32,000 nt of DNA, taken from an uncultured bacterium. Its GTDB lineage: Bacteria > Auribacterota > JACPWU01. This document shows positions 1-8,428 of this stretch, piece after piece (position 1 is the stretch's first letter; every line of letters starts with the position of its first letter). The position numbers and the translations under genes are program-made. Where the stretch lies: positions 150,001 to 182,000 of the forward strand of contig CAZXEQ010000004.1 in NCBI GenBank assembly GCA_964640155.1. Direction: 5' to 3'. The notes beneath the pieces were generated by a model. It saw only the letters and a program-made list of their open reading frames with translations. It ran no database searches and was not told the DNA's origin.

Positions 1-1
1 T

Positions 2-394
2 ATGCTCGTGGTTTTGATTATTGGGATTCTTGCGGCTTTAGCTGTTCCCAGATTAGTGGGACGTTCTCAGGAAGCACGTGTGACGGCTGCAAAAGCTGAT
101 ATTGATTCTAACATCAGCGTCGCCTTGGATATGTATGAACTCGACAATGGCAATTATCCCACGACAGAACAGGGCATCGCAGCCTTGGTTCAAAAACCTT
201 CGGGTTCACCTACCCCAGCAAATTGGAACGGACCTTATTTAAAGAAAATGCCTAAAGATCCGTGGGGTCATACTTATATTTATAAATATCCTGGAGATGT
301 AAATACCCTAGGATTTGATCTTTTTTCTCCCGGTCCGGATGGAGTAGAAGCAAATGCAGATGATGTAACAAATTGGGAAAAAGCGCAGAGTTAA
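2..394 (+). CDS. gspG: Type II secretion major pseudopilin GspG, 5'-truncated by window edge
   Basis: The ORF is open at position 1 and begins inside the hydrophobic N-terminal helix (LVVLIIGILAALAVPRL), so the prepilin cleavage motif must lie upstream. C-terminal GspG-type signature KDPWGHTYIYKYPG...FDLFSPGPDGVEANADD. Confidence 0.9.
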   Translation: MLVVLIIGILAALAVPRLVGRSQEARVTAAKADIDSNISVALDMYELDNGNYPTTEQGIAALVQKPSGSPTPANWNGPYLKKMPKDPWGHTYIYKYPGDVNTLGFDLFSPGPDGVEANADDVTNWEKAQS

Positions 395-431
395 TTTCAC
401 TTCATGTTGAGGACGAATTACCTCTATCATA

Positions 432-941
432 ATGGGAAAACAGTTCTTCAAAATTTCATTACAAAACCACAAAAACCGCCAGACTTCTCCTCAGGGTTTC
501 ACTTTTATTGAGCTTTTAATCGTTGCCACCATCATTGCTATTTTGGTGGCGATGTCCATTCCTCGATTTAGATCTTCTTATGAGAATTTACGCCTTAGAT
601 CTTTTGTGAGTCGTTTTGAGCGATTAGCTCAAACTGCTCATGAGCTTTCAATGATTCAGGGGCGCATTTATAAAATCTCTATTTTAGAAAGATCCGATAC
701 CAGTCAAGCCTTTGGTTTATTTCTACAATCCGACGATTCAACAAAGTCCTATATACCTTTGAGCGGTGGTGCTGGGAAACTTCAAGTTCTACCTAAAGCA
801 TACCGAATTCAAACGGATGAGAATGAAATCTACTTTTATCCGGATGGATCTGTGACCATTTCAAATGTTGGATTTCGTAGTGGAATGGGAGAATTGATCA
901 CTTGTCAAATAACAGTGACTGCCAAAATAATAGAAAAGTAA
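432..941 (+). CDS. Minor pseudopilin, GspH-like by position
   Basis: Prepilin cleavage/methylation motif QG|FTFIELLIV with Glu at +5, after a long 22-aa leader. About 170 aa, immediately downstream of gspG as in canonical gsp operons. Confidence 0.65.
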   Translation: MGKQFFKISLQNHKNRQTSPQGFTFIELLIVATIIAILVAMSIPRFRSSYENLRLRSFVSRFERLAQTAHELSMIQGRIYKISILERSDTSQAFGLFLQSDDSTKSYIPLSGGAGKLQVLPKAYRIQTDENEIYFYPDGSVTISNVGFRSGMGELITCQITVTAKIIEK

Positions 942-944
942 TCA

Positions 945-1415
945 ATGAAAAAAACCACTCGAAAATTAAACAGTCAAAATACGGGTATTCTTCTCGTTGA
1001 AGCATTGTTGGCTATTGTCATTTTGAGTGTAGCCATTACGGCAACCATTCGTTCATTTGCTTATGCAACTCGAGTTCATCGAATCACATCTGAAAATTTG
1101 AGAGCAACTCGGCTTGCTTCTGAAAAAATGGCAGAGTTAGAAGCTCTTCCAAAACTTCAAGAGGGAGAATCTAAGGGAAATTTCAAACGTCCTGACGAGC
1201 AGTTTTTCTGGAAACTTCTTATAGAACCTGTGGCTCGTTCAAGCGAAGATGAAAAAGTTGCAACTGTGAAATATTTAAAAACATATTTAAAGGTTAGTTG
1301 GGGATTAAACCAAGCTCACAAAGTTTCAGTCTCTACAATTTTAATTAAGAAAAAAGATGAAAATGACGAAAAAGAAGACACCCATACGAGTTCAACAGGG
1401 ATTAACACTCGTTGA
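945..1415 (+). CDS. Minor pseudopilin, GspI-like by position
   Basis: Prepilin-like motif NTG|ILLVEALLAIVILS with Glu at +5 after a 14-aa leader. It is small and lies 3 nt after the previous gene. The 3' end overlaps the next gene by 59 nt. Confidence 0.6.
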   Translation: MKKTTRKLNSQNTGILLVEALLAIVILSVAITATIRSFAYATRVHRITSENLRATRLASEKMAELEALPKLQEGESKGNFKRPDEQFFWKLLIEPVARSSEDEKVATVKYLKTYLKVSWGLNQAHKVSVSTILIKKKDENDEKEDTHTSSTGINTR

Positions 1416-2007
1416 ACTTTTGCTTGCGGCCGCTTTATTCTCCGTGATAGGAGCCATTTTATATTCCATCCTATCTCAGGGTATTCGGCTTTGGCAACAT
1501 TCGGAAAAAGACAGAGATAAGTCAAGCGAGGAGCGAATTGTTTTATCAAAAATAGCAAATGACATTCGTACGGCCTCTATTCATCAATGGGTTCGTTTCG
1601 TTGGAGAAGCAGATCAGATTTATTTTTGTGGTCTAAGGCATTTTAATAAGGAAGATGCTTCCAGCCCTTTGCATTTGGCGAAGGTGAATTATTATTTTCT
1701 AAAATCTGCAAAAAACTCTCAAAAGAAAGGGCTTTATCTCGCAGAATACCCAATCGAATATTCCTTTTCAGACACCCCTCCACCAGGTAAATTGTTTTCG
1801 ACTCTCTTTAAAGATTTTTATTTTGAGTATGGTTATTGGGACTCTGAGGATGAAAAAATAGTAATGAAGAAAAAATGGAATGATCCTAAAACTCTTCCTC
1901 GTTTGGTTGTTTTAAAAGCGCAATCCGACCAACTCTTTTCAAAAACTGTAGTTTTACCTTCAGGAGAATTAGTTGAAATAAATGAGAAGGATTTAGAAGA
2001 TGAGTGA
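1357..2007 (+). CDS. Minor pseudopilin, GspJ-like by position
   Basis: Prepilin motif QQG|LTLVELLLAAALFS with Glu at +5. About 215 aa, lying between the I-like and K-like genes. An alternative start is the ATG at 1363. Confidence 0.6.
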   Translation: MKMTKKKTPIRVQQGLTLVELLLAAALFSVIGAILYSILSQGIRLWQHSEKDRDKSSEERIVLSKIANDIRTASIHQWVRFVGEADQIYFCGLRHFNKEDASSPLHLAKVNYYFLKSAKNSQKKGLYLAEYPIEYSFSDTPPPGKLFSTLFKDFYFEYGYWDSEDEKIVMKKKWNDPKTLPRLVVLKAQSDQLFSKTVVLPSGELVEINEKDLEDE

Positions 2008-2995
2008 TAAGAATACTCAAGGATCCATTCTTCTTATTTCCTTATGGATACTAACCATTCTTTCTTTGATGGCCATGACTATTTCTTTTTATGCCATGCT
2101 TCAAATGAAGGTGGTTCGTCTTCATGTGTCGCAAGTTCAAGATCGCTATCTTGCTCAAGCGGGATTTTCCTGGGCTATGTATATTCTAGCAACTACAGAT
2201 GATGGGAAGTATGAAGCCGCAAATCAAAAATGGGCTGTTAATCCGAGCTCGTTCAAAGAAAAAAAACTAGGGGACGGATTTTTTTCGGTAACCCATACTC
2301 AAACAGATTCTAAATTGGGACAAATCAGAACTTTTGGTATACTAGACGAAGAGCGTAAAATTAATATTAACACTGCATCTAAAGAAATCTTGATGCGGTT
2401 ACCAGACGCAACAGAAGAAATTGTAGATGCTGTCATAGACTGGCGTGATACAAACTCTGCTGCAGAGCGAGAAGGCGCTGAAAAAGATTATTATGAGCGT
2501 TTAGATATTCCCTATCCTGCAAAAGATGGACCACTGGAAGCTTTGGAGGAATTACTTTTAGTTAAAAATTTCACAAAAGAGATTTTTAACAAATGGAAAG
2601 AGCTTTTGACCGTTTATGGTAATGGTAAAGTAAATGTTAACACCGCTTCTGAGGAAGTGCTTAAGGTTCTTGGTTTTGATGATGAGTTGATTCAAAAAAT
2701 CCTCGCTTTTCGCCGAGGAGCTGATGGAGAAAGCGCAACGGGTGACGATGGTGTTTTTAAAGACGAAGGGTCCATTGCAAGAGTCTTATTTGAAGCTGAG
2801 CCTGTTAATAATACCCAGATTTCACAGTTGGTTAATGCTGTTTCAAAAGGTTTTTTAGGGGTTACCTCTAAATTCTTTAGAGTTGAATCGATTGGTTTTT
2901 CGGGTCATTTGAACAATTCAGGTAAGCGCATCGAAGGGATTGTAGAACATGTTCAAAAAGATGACATCAAGATTAAAAGCTGGACGGAAAAATAA
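2000..2995 (+). CDS. gspK: Type II secretion minor pseudopilin GspK
   Basis: N-terminal TQG|SILLISLWILTIL lacks Glu at +5, as is typical of GspK. Two helix-hairpin-helix-like repeats (ININTASKEILMRLP and VNVNTASEEVLKVLG) are characteristic of the GspK family. Overlaps the gspJ-like stop by 8 nt. Confidence 0.8.
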   Translation: MSDKNTQGSILLISLWILTILSLMAMTISFYAMLQMKVVRLHVSQVQDRYLAQAGFSWAMYILATTDDGKYEAANQKWAVNPSSFKEKKLGDGFFSVTHTQTDSKLGQIRTFGILDEERKININTASKEILMRLPDATEEIVDAVIDWRDTNSAAEREGAEKDYYERLDIPYPAKDGPLEALEELLLVKNFTKEIFNKWKELLTVYGNGKVNVNTASEEVLKVLGFDDELIQKILAFRRGADGESATGDDGVFKDEGSIARVLFEAEPVNNTQISQLVNAVSKGFLGVTSKFFRVESIGFSGHLNNSGKRIEGIVEHVQKDDIKIKSWTEK

Positions 2996-4400
2996 GAAAA
3001 AGATTGTTATCTACTTTGATCAGGACGTGCTCAAAATTTTGGCGACTGAATCAGAGATTGAAGATATTTTTTTGTTGTCATCCGTTTCTTTAATTAAAGG
3101 ATGGAAAGACAATGAGATTGCCGAAGAAATCCGCAAAACTTTAAAAAATATTCGTTTAAATAATCCACAGGTTTTTTTAAACATTCCTCGTCATTTAGCA
3201 ACAATTAAAAATATTTCTCTGCCTTCTACTAAATCTGAAGAAATTTCTTCTATGGTTGATTTTCAAGTAACGCGTTTGGTCCCTTATCCGAAATCTGAAA
3301 TTGTTTATAGTTATGATTGTCTGACTGTTCTTCCCAGTCAATGCACCTCTGTACGGGTGGCTGTTCTCCCTAGAAAAACTGTGAATCATTATCTGGATGT
3401 TTTGAAGCAAGCACGCCTGTTTCCTGATTTTGTTCGTCTTGGATCTGAGTCTCTGTCTTTTTTTCTAAAAAAAGTGCAAGAACTTTCAACCATTATTGAA
3501 ATTGATTATGCTCAAACGCAGGTGCTCTTGCTCGAAAATGAGAAAATTCATTTTTCGAGAAGTATTTCCATAGGGAGTAAAGATATGAGCAAAAGTGATG
3601 TTTTTGAGGGGCTTTTAACTGAAATAGAAAGCTCTATCGCTCTTTTCCCTATTGATTCTGACAAGAAAAAACTACCACTGTTTCTTCTAGCTCCAGAAGA
3701 AATAGCTTCTAAAATAAAATATGCTCTTCAAGAACATTTCAATACCCAGATTCAGTTCGTAGAAGCCCCCTTAAAAGCAAATACTTTTCAGGGTGAAGAA
3801 CTTGCTTCTAAAGTATCTTTCGCCCCTTTAATTTCAATTTTAAAAGCTCCTCAAGACCAAGGTTTTAATCTTTTGCCTCTGAATATTCGTCAGTTGGCTC
3901 AAAGATCTATTTATATCTATGAAATGAAAAAGGTTTTGGTGGCCTCTCTAGCGGCTCTTTTCTTAATTTGCTTAAGTTTTTTTAATGAAATTCGATTGGA
4001 AGAAAAATTCCTTAGCTCATTAAAAATGCAAATCAAAGGCATTGAGAAAGAAGCAAAAGCTTTGGAAGAAATTCGCAACAAAATTTTGATGTTACAGGAT
4101 CATATCGATGCGCGTGGAAAATGTCTTAATATTATGAACTCATTTTTACAAATAATTCCAGATCAAATTTATTTGAAAGCCCTTTATTACGATCCGAACA
4201 AAATAGGTTTTCGAGGTTATGCCCCTGCTCTATCTAAAGTTTTTGAGTTAACGGGAATATTAGAAAAGAATCGACTTTTTCAAAAAATTGAAACACGTTA
4301 TGCCCGCCAAGGTAGCGTAGGTCGAGAAGAAGTAGCAGAATTTCAGTTAGAATGCACTCTATCTCCAGCAGAAGGAAAAAATCATGTTAAAACAACTTAA
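2949..4400 (+). CDS. Assembly-platform protein, PilM-like actin-fold domain fused to a PilN-like TM/periplasmic domain (GspL analogue)
   Basis: The N-terminal region (about 300 aa) has a PilM/GspL-cyto-like layout (KKIVIYFDQDVLKIL...). It is followed by the PilN hallmark FNLLPLNIRQ, one TM helix (VLVASLAALFLICLSFF) and a coiled-coil periplasmic tail. The position matches gspL. Confidence 0.7.
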   Translation: MFKKMTSRLKAGRKNKKKIVIYFDQDVLKILATESEIEDIFLLSSVSLIKGWKDNEIAEEIRKTLKNIRLNNPQVFLNIPRHLATIKNISLPSTKSEEISSMVDFQVTRLVPYPKSEIVYSYDCLTVLPSQCTSVRVAVLPRKTVNHYLDVLKQARLFPDFVRLGSESLSFFLKKVQELSTIIEIDYAQTQVLLLENEKIHFSRSISIGSKDMSKSDVFEGLLTEIESSIALFPIDSDKKKLPLFLLAPEEIASKIKYALQEHFNTQIQFVEAPLKANTFQGEELASKVSFAPLISILKAPQDQGFNLLPLNIRQLAQRSIYIYEMKKVLVASLAALFLICLSFFNEIRLEEKFLSSLKMQIKGIEKEAKALEEIRNKILMLQDHIDARGKCLNIMNSFLQIIPDQIYLKALYYDPNKIGFRGYAPALSKVFELTGILEKNRLFQKIETRYARQGSVGREEVAEFQLECTLSPAEGKNHVKTT

Positions 4401-4908
4401 ACCCAGAGAAAAAAAGTTAGCCATAATGGCCATTGGGCTTATAAGTATCATTGGATTTTATTCTGTTTTATTTTCACCTTTTTACTCTAGGCTTAAAACT
4501 TTAAGAGAAGAAATTTACAAACAATCAGTCCTTCTGGCTCGATATCAGAGAGTTTTAAATTATCGTAGTCACATCGAAAAAATTTATGGAGAATATCTTG
4601 GGGTTGTTAAAGTTGGAGGGACTGCTCAGGAGGAGATTTCAAAATTTTTACAAGAAATTGAACAGCTTTCTCAAAAGGCACAAGTTCGAATTGTAGACAT
4701 GAAACCTCTCAGCACACGTGAAGGTGAATCTTTTAACAAGGTGAAAATTCAAATTGAAATTGATACAGAACAGGTTAATTTGGGGAGGCTCCTCTTAGAG
4801 ATTAAAAACTCTCAAGCTATGATTCATGTGGATTCCTTGAAAGTGATTGCGGGGATGAGTGGTGAAGCTTTGAAATGCAATTTGGTTCTTTCTAGAATTG
4901 TAACTTAA
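4384..4908 (+). CDS. PilO/GspM-like bitopic assembly-platform protein
   Basis: Short cytoplasmic N-terminus, one TM helix (LAIMAIGLISIIGFYSVLF), a coiled coil and then an alpha/beta domain. It lies immediately after, and overlaps, the PilMN fusion. Confidence 0.6.
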   Translation: MLKQLKPREKKLAIMAIGLISIIGFYSVLFSPFYSRLKTLREEIYKQSVLLARYQRVLNYRSHIEKIYGEYLGVVKVGGTAQEEISKFLQEIEQLSQKAQVRIVDMKPLSTREGESFNKVKIQIEIDTEQVNLGRLLLEIKNSQAMIHVDSLKVIAGMSGEALKCNLVLSRIVT

Positions 4909-5045
4909 AACAGGGCTATGAGTTACGGGCTAAGGTTTAAAAATCAAAAGTTTGAAGCATTTATTATTCTTTTGAATCTTTAATCTTGTTTTACTCTTGA
5001 ATAAGAATTCATCTTGCTCTAATCTATTTCAAATAGATGAGGTAG

Positions 5046-5915
5046 ATGATGAGTTACTGGGAAGCGCTTGGTCTTCATAAAGAACCTTTCTCAACAAGTC
5101 CAGATCCCACCTTTTTTTATAAATCCCTCACCCATCGAACAGCTCTTTCTAGACTTGAAGTGGCTGTTCGTTTGAAACGTGGTTTGAGTATTATTCTTGG
5201 AGACATTGGCACTGGAAAAACAACGCTCGCACGAACATTGCTCAGAAACTTTCGTGAAACCGACCCTTTTGAGTTTCATTTAATTTTTGACCCAGGGTTT
5301 CAAACAGAATTTCAGTTTTTGGCGCTTTTAGCAGACTTATTTAAAGTAGCCCCAACTCGTAAAACAGTTCTTCATTACAAGCGCGCGATAGAAAATTATC
5401 TTTTTGAAAAAAGTTTTCAGGATCATAAAACGATTGTTCTTTTGATCGATGAAGCTCAGAAACTTTCCTCGCTTATTTTGGAGGTTCTGCGCATTTTCTT
5501 AAATTATGAAACCAATGATCAAAAATTGCTTCAAGTCGTTTTATTGGGACAAGTAGAAATTTTGCCAAAGTTAGTGTCTATTCCCAATTTTTATGATCGA
5601 ATTAGTTTTAAATATGCCTTACGTCCTCTTGAATTGCCAGAAGCTTATGAAATGATTCGATACCGACTCAAGCAAGCTGGATGGCCTGAAGAAAAAACGC
5701 TCTTTACATCGTCAGCTGTTGAAAGGCTTTACGAAGTTTCAGGGGGGCTTTTAAGAAAAATGACTCAGATTTGCCATCAAGCCTTATTAAAAAAAGTGAT
5801 GTATGAAAGAACAGAAGTAGATCAATTTTTGATTGAAGAAATTGTTGGAGAAGAGGGGGATTTTTTAAGTGCCACCAGACATTACGCCGGAAGAGAAATT
5901 ACTCAATCTTATTAA
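5046..5915 (+). CDS. ExeA/GspA/MshM-like AAA+ ATPase (short form, no periplasmic domain)
   Basis: N-terminal YWEALGLHKEPFSTSPDPTFFY motif typical of the ExeA family. Walker A GDIGTGKTT and Walker B VLLIDEAQ. A GAGG SD lies upstream; the second ATG at 5049 is an equally good start. Confidence 0.8.
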   Translation: MMSYWEALGLHKEPFSTSPDPTFFYKSLTHRTALSRLEVAVRLKRGLSIILGDIGTGKTTLARTLLRNFRETDPFEFHLIFDPGFQTEFQFLALLADLFKVAPTRKTVLHYKRAIENYLFEKSFQDHKTIVLLIDEAQKLSSLILEVLRIFLNYETNDQKLLQVVLLGQVEILPKLVSIPNFYDRISFKYALRPLELPEAYEMIRYRLKQAGWPEEKTLFTSSAVERLYEVSGGLLRKMTQICHQALLKKVMYERTEVDQFLIEEIVGEEGDFLSATRHYAGREITQSY

Positions 5916-6504
5916 GGCAAATCCTAGACAGGAAAAAAAAGAAGAAGAAAAGGTCGATTTAGTTTTGCCTCAATCTTCTATTGCTTCCTCTTCCCTGGGA
6001 AAAGAATTCACTGTTTCGACAACATTTTTAAACTCAAATTTAATTCAAAAATTATTCATTACAAGTAGTGTTTGTGTTGTTGTCATGCTTATGGTGTTGA
6101 TGTATCAATATTTGGGAGGCGGTGCAATTCTTCCCCTACCTATAAAAAAAGTGCTTGGTGGAGAATCTTTTGACTTGCCTGTTCGTAAGATGGGCACTTC
6201 AGAAACATTTGATTCTTATCAAAAAGCATTTCAAGAACGAAATCTTTTTAAGACCATTGGAACTCCTCCCCCTGTTTCCATATCCACAGAAAAAGCATTG
6301 GGTCTTACAGAGTTGTCGAGAAATCTTTCTCTTTCAGGTATTATTTCTGGTAATACACCTCAAGCAGTGATTGAAGATCGTTCAAACGGTCAAATTTATT
6401 ATGTTCAGTCAGGAGATAGTGTGGGTCCTATTCAAGTTGTTCAAGTAAATCATTCAAGCGTATTGTTACGCTATGGGGATGAAGAAAGACAATTGACTTT
6501 ATGA
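5869..6504 (+). CDS. Bitopic membrane protein, GspB/GspC/PilP-like secretin-interacting candidate
   Basis: GTG start overlapping the ExeA-like gene by 47 nt. Charged N-terminus, one TM helix (ITSSVCVVVMLMVLMYQYL). The C-terminal segment LSGIISGNTPQAVIEDRSNGQIYYVQSGDSVGPIQVVQVNHSSVLLRYGDEERQLTL resembles the GspC-HR/PilP beta-domain pattern. Confidence 0.5.
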   Translation: MPPDITPEEKLLNLIKANPRQEKKEEEKVDLVLPQSSIASSSLGKEFTVSTTFLNSNLIQKLFITSSVCVVVMLMVLMYQYLGGGAILPLPIKKVLGGESFDLPVRKMGTSETFDSYQKAFQERNLFKTIGTPPPVSISTEKALGLTELSRNLSLSGIISGNTPQAVIEDRSNGQIYYVQSGDSVGPIQVVQVNHSSVLLRYGDEERQLTL

Positions 6505-6524
6505 TGATAAAGGAGAAGTTTTGT

Positions 6525-8408
6525 ATGAGAGGTCTTTATTACTTGTTTTTAATTTTCATGGGTTTGCTGGTCAGTCAAGCAATCGCTCAACCTCCTACCC
6601 TACAAACTGAACCTGTGAGACGTGAAGTTGAACAGATAGGAAATCAGCCAGGAAGAATTTCTCTTAAGTTGAAAAACATGGATATTATTGAAGTTTTTAA
6701 TATTTTAAGTCAGCAAGGAAAGTTGAACATTATTGCAGGAAATGATGTTCGAGGTCGAGTAACTCTCTTTCTTGAAAATGTTGACATTTGGACAGCTTTT
6801 CAAATGATTGTAGAAAGTAACGATCTTGCCTATGTTCGAGAAGGAGATGTTATTCGTGTTTTCACAGGACGTGAATATGAAATTATGTTTGGCCAACGTT
6901 TTTATGAAAAAACTCATGTGAAGGTATTTGTTCTTACCCAGACAAAAGCAGAACTTTTGAAACCAACGATTGAGGGCTTGAGATCTCGCATTGGAAGAGT
7001 TTTTACCGATGATAATTCAAATTCGATTGTTGTGGTAGATGCAGATCCAAATTTGAAAATGATTGAAGAAACGATTAAAGCTTTGGACGTACCTTTAGAA
7101 ACGCAGATCTATGAGCTTACCTATGCGGACACCAAATCCATGGAAGAACGCTTGAAACCTTTTTTAAGCAAAAGAGGTAGCATTCAGATTGATCCGTTAA
7201 CCAACAAAGTTGTTATTTCAGATGTGCCTGGTACTTTTGAAGCTATTCCTCGCATCATTAAGGAATATGATACTGCGCCTTATGTAAAGACAGAAATTTT
7301 TGATCTTAAATATGCAAAATTTGATGAAGTTAAAGAAAAACTGGAAAAAGAAATTACAGAAGGAATAGGCTTTATTCGTGCAGATGAACGTACAAATAAA
7401 GTAGCTATCACAGATTTACCTGAAAAAGTTGAACGAATGAGAGGCATCATTACCGCCTTTGATCAGAAACATCGTGAAGTATTAATTGAAGCTCAAATTG
7501 TTCAAGTTCGATTGAATCGTTCTTTCAAATTTGGGATTAATTGGGAGTATATTGCGACTGCTTTGGCCGATCATGCGATGAATCTTAATCTTTCATCAGG
7601 ATTTGAACTTTTATCTGAGATTCCTCAAGCAGATAGTTCTCAAGTTGATTCTTTTGATCAAAGAGTTCCAACACGTATTCCTCCATTTGATAACCGAAAT
7701 AATAAATTCCCAGGAGCTCGGGTTGTTTTAGCTGGGGTTGCAAAAGGAGGTGCGGACGGTATTGGTAATCCTTATCAGGGAGTTTTGGACCTTTTGAAGA
7801 AAACAGGCGATGTCGATATTCTTTCTAGCCCTAGAATTACTGTTTTGCATAATTCAGAAGCTAAAATTCAAGTGGGCACCAATGAGGCTTATGTAACGAA
7901 CACAGTTGTTCAAAATACTACCAATGCGACAACAGCCGAAAACGTAAATTTTATTCAAGTTGGAGTATTGCTAAAAGTAAAACCCCAAATTAATAAAGAT
8001 AAATACGTCACCATGGAAATAGAACCAGAAGTTAGCTCTGTTGCAAGTTTTTTAACAACTTCTTCTGGAAACAAAATCCCCATTGTTAGAACTTCGAATG
8101 CAAAGACCAGGGTCATGATTAAAGATGGAGTGACAATCGTGATTGGTGGTTTGATTGATAGGTCAATGAGTAAAGAACGAAGTAAAGTACCCATTTTAGG
8201 CAGTATTCCAATTATTGGTCTTCCCTTCAAACGGGTTGAGAATCAAATGACCAATTCAGAATTGGTGATCTTTCTAACTCCTCACATCATAACAGGGGAT
8301 GTTGAATCTGCAGACAAAGAAAAGTTTAAAGAGAAGCTCTATCCTGAACTTGATCGCGACAAAGATAGAAGTGCAATGAAAGATCTCGAAGAGTTTATTG
8401 AAACTTAA
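6525..8408 (+). CDS. gspD: Secretin (GspD/PilQ/MshL family outer-membrane channel)
   Basis: The tracked ORF starts at 6501, but the ATG at 6525 follows an AGGAG SD (6511-6515) and yields the signal peptide MRGLYYLFLIFMGLLVSQAIAQ. There is an N0-like domain and three Secretin_N-like repeats ending in ALD/EYD/AFD. The C-terminal secretin core contains ILSSPRITVLHNSEAKIQVG and VPILGSIPIIGLPFK. Confidence 0.9.
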   Translation: MRGLYYLFLIFMGLLVSQAIAQPPTLQTEPVRREVEQIGNQPGRISLKLKNMDIIEVFNILSQQGKLNIIAGNDVRGRVTLFLENVDIWTAFQMIVESNDLAYVREGDVIRVFTGREYEIMFGQRFYEKTHVKVFVLTQTKAELLKPTIEGLRSRIGRVFTDDNSNSIVVVDADPNLKMIEETIKALDVPLETQIYELTYADTKSMEERLKPFLSKRGSIQIDPLTNKVVISDVPGTFEAIPRIIKEYDTAPYVKTEIFDLKYAKFDEVKEKLEKEITEGIGFIRADERTNKVAITDLPEKVERMRGIITAFDQKHREVLIEAQIVQVRLNRSFKFGINWEYIATALADHAMNLNLSSGFELLSEIPQADSSQVDSFDQRVPTRIPPFDNRNNKFPGARVVLAGVAKGGADGIGNPYQGVLDLLKKTGDVDILSSPRITVLHNSEAKIQVGTNEAYVTNTVVQNTTNATTAENVNFIQVGVLLKVKPQINKDKYVTMEIEPEVSSVASFLTTSSGNKIPIVRTSNAKTRVMIKDGVTIVIGGLIDRSMSKERSKVPILGSIPIIGLPFKRVENQMTNSELVIFLTPHIITGDVESADKEKFKEKLYPELDRDKDRSAMKDLEEFIET

Positions 8409-8428
8409 AAATTGATTCCAAGAACTTT

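Noticed and set aside
1316-1558. 80-aa minus-strand ORF across the gspI/gspJ junction, and a possible programmed frameshift at the A-run (AAGAAAAAAGATG) near 1340-1356
   Set aside because: The minus-strand ORF is a shadow of two well-supported pseudopilin genes. The J-like gene has its own ATG and a complete prepilin leader, so no frameshift is needed to express it.
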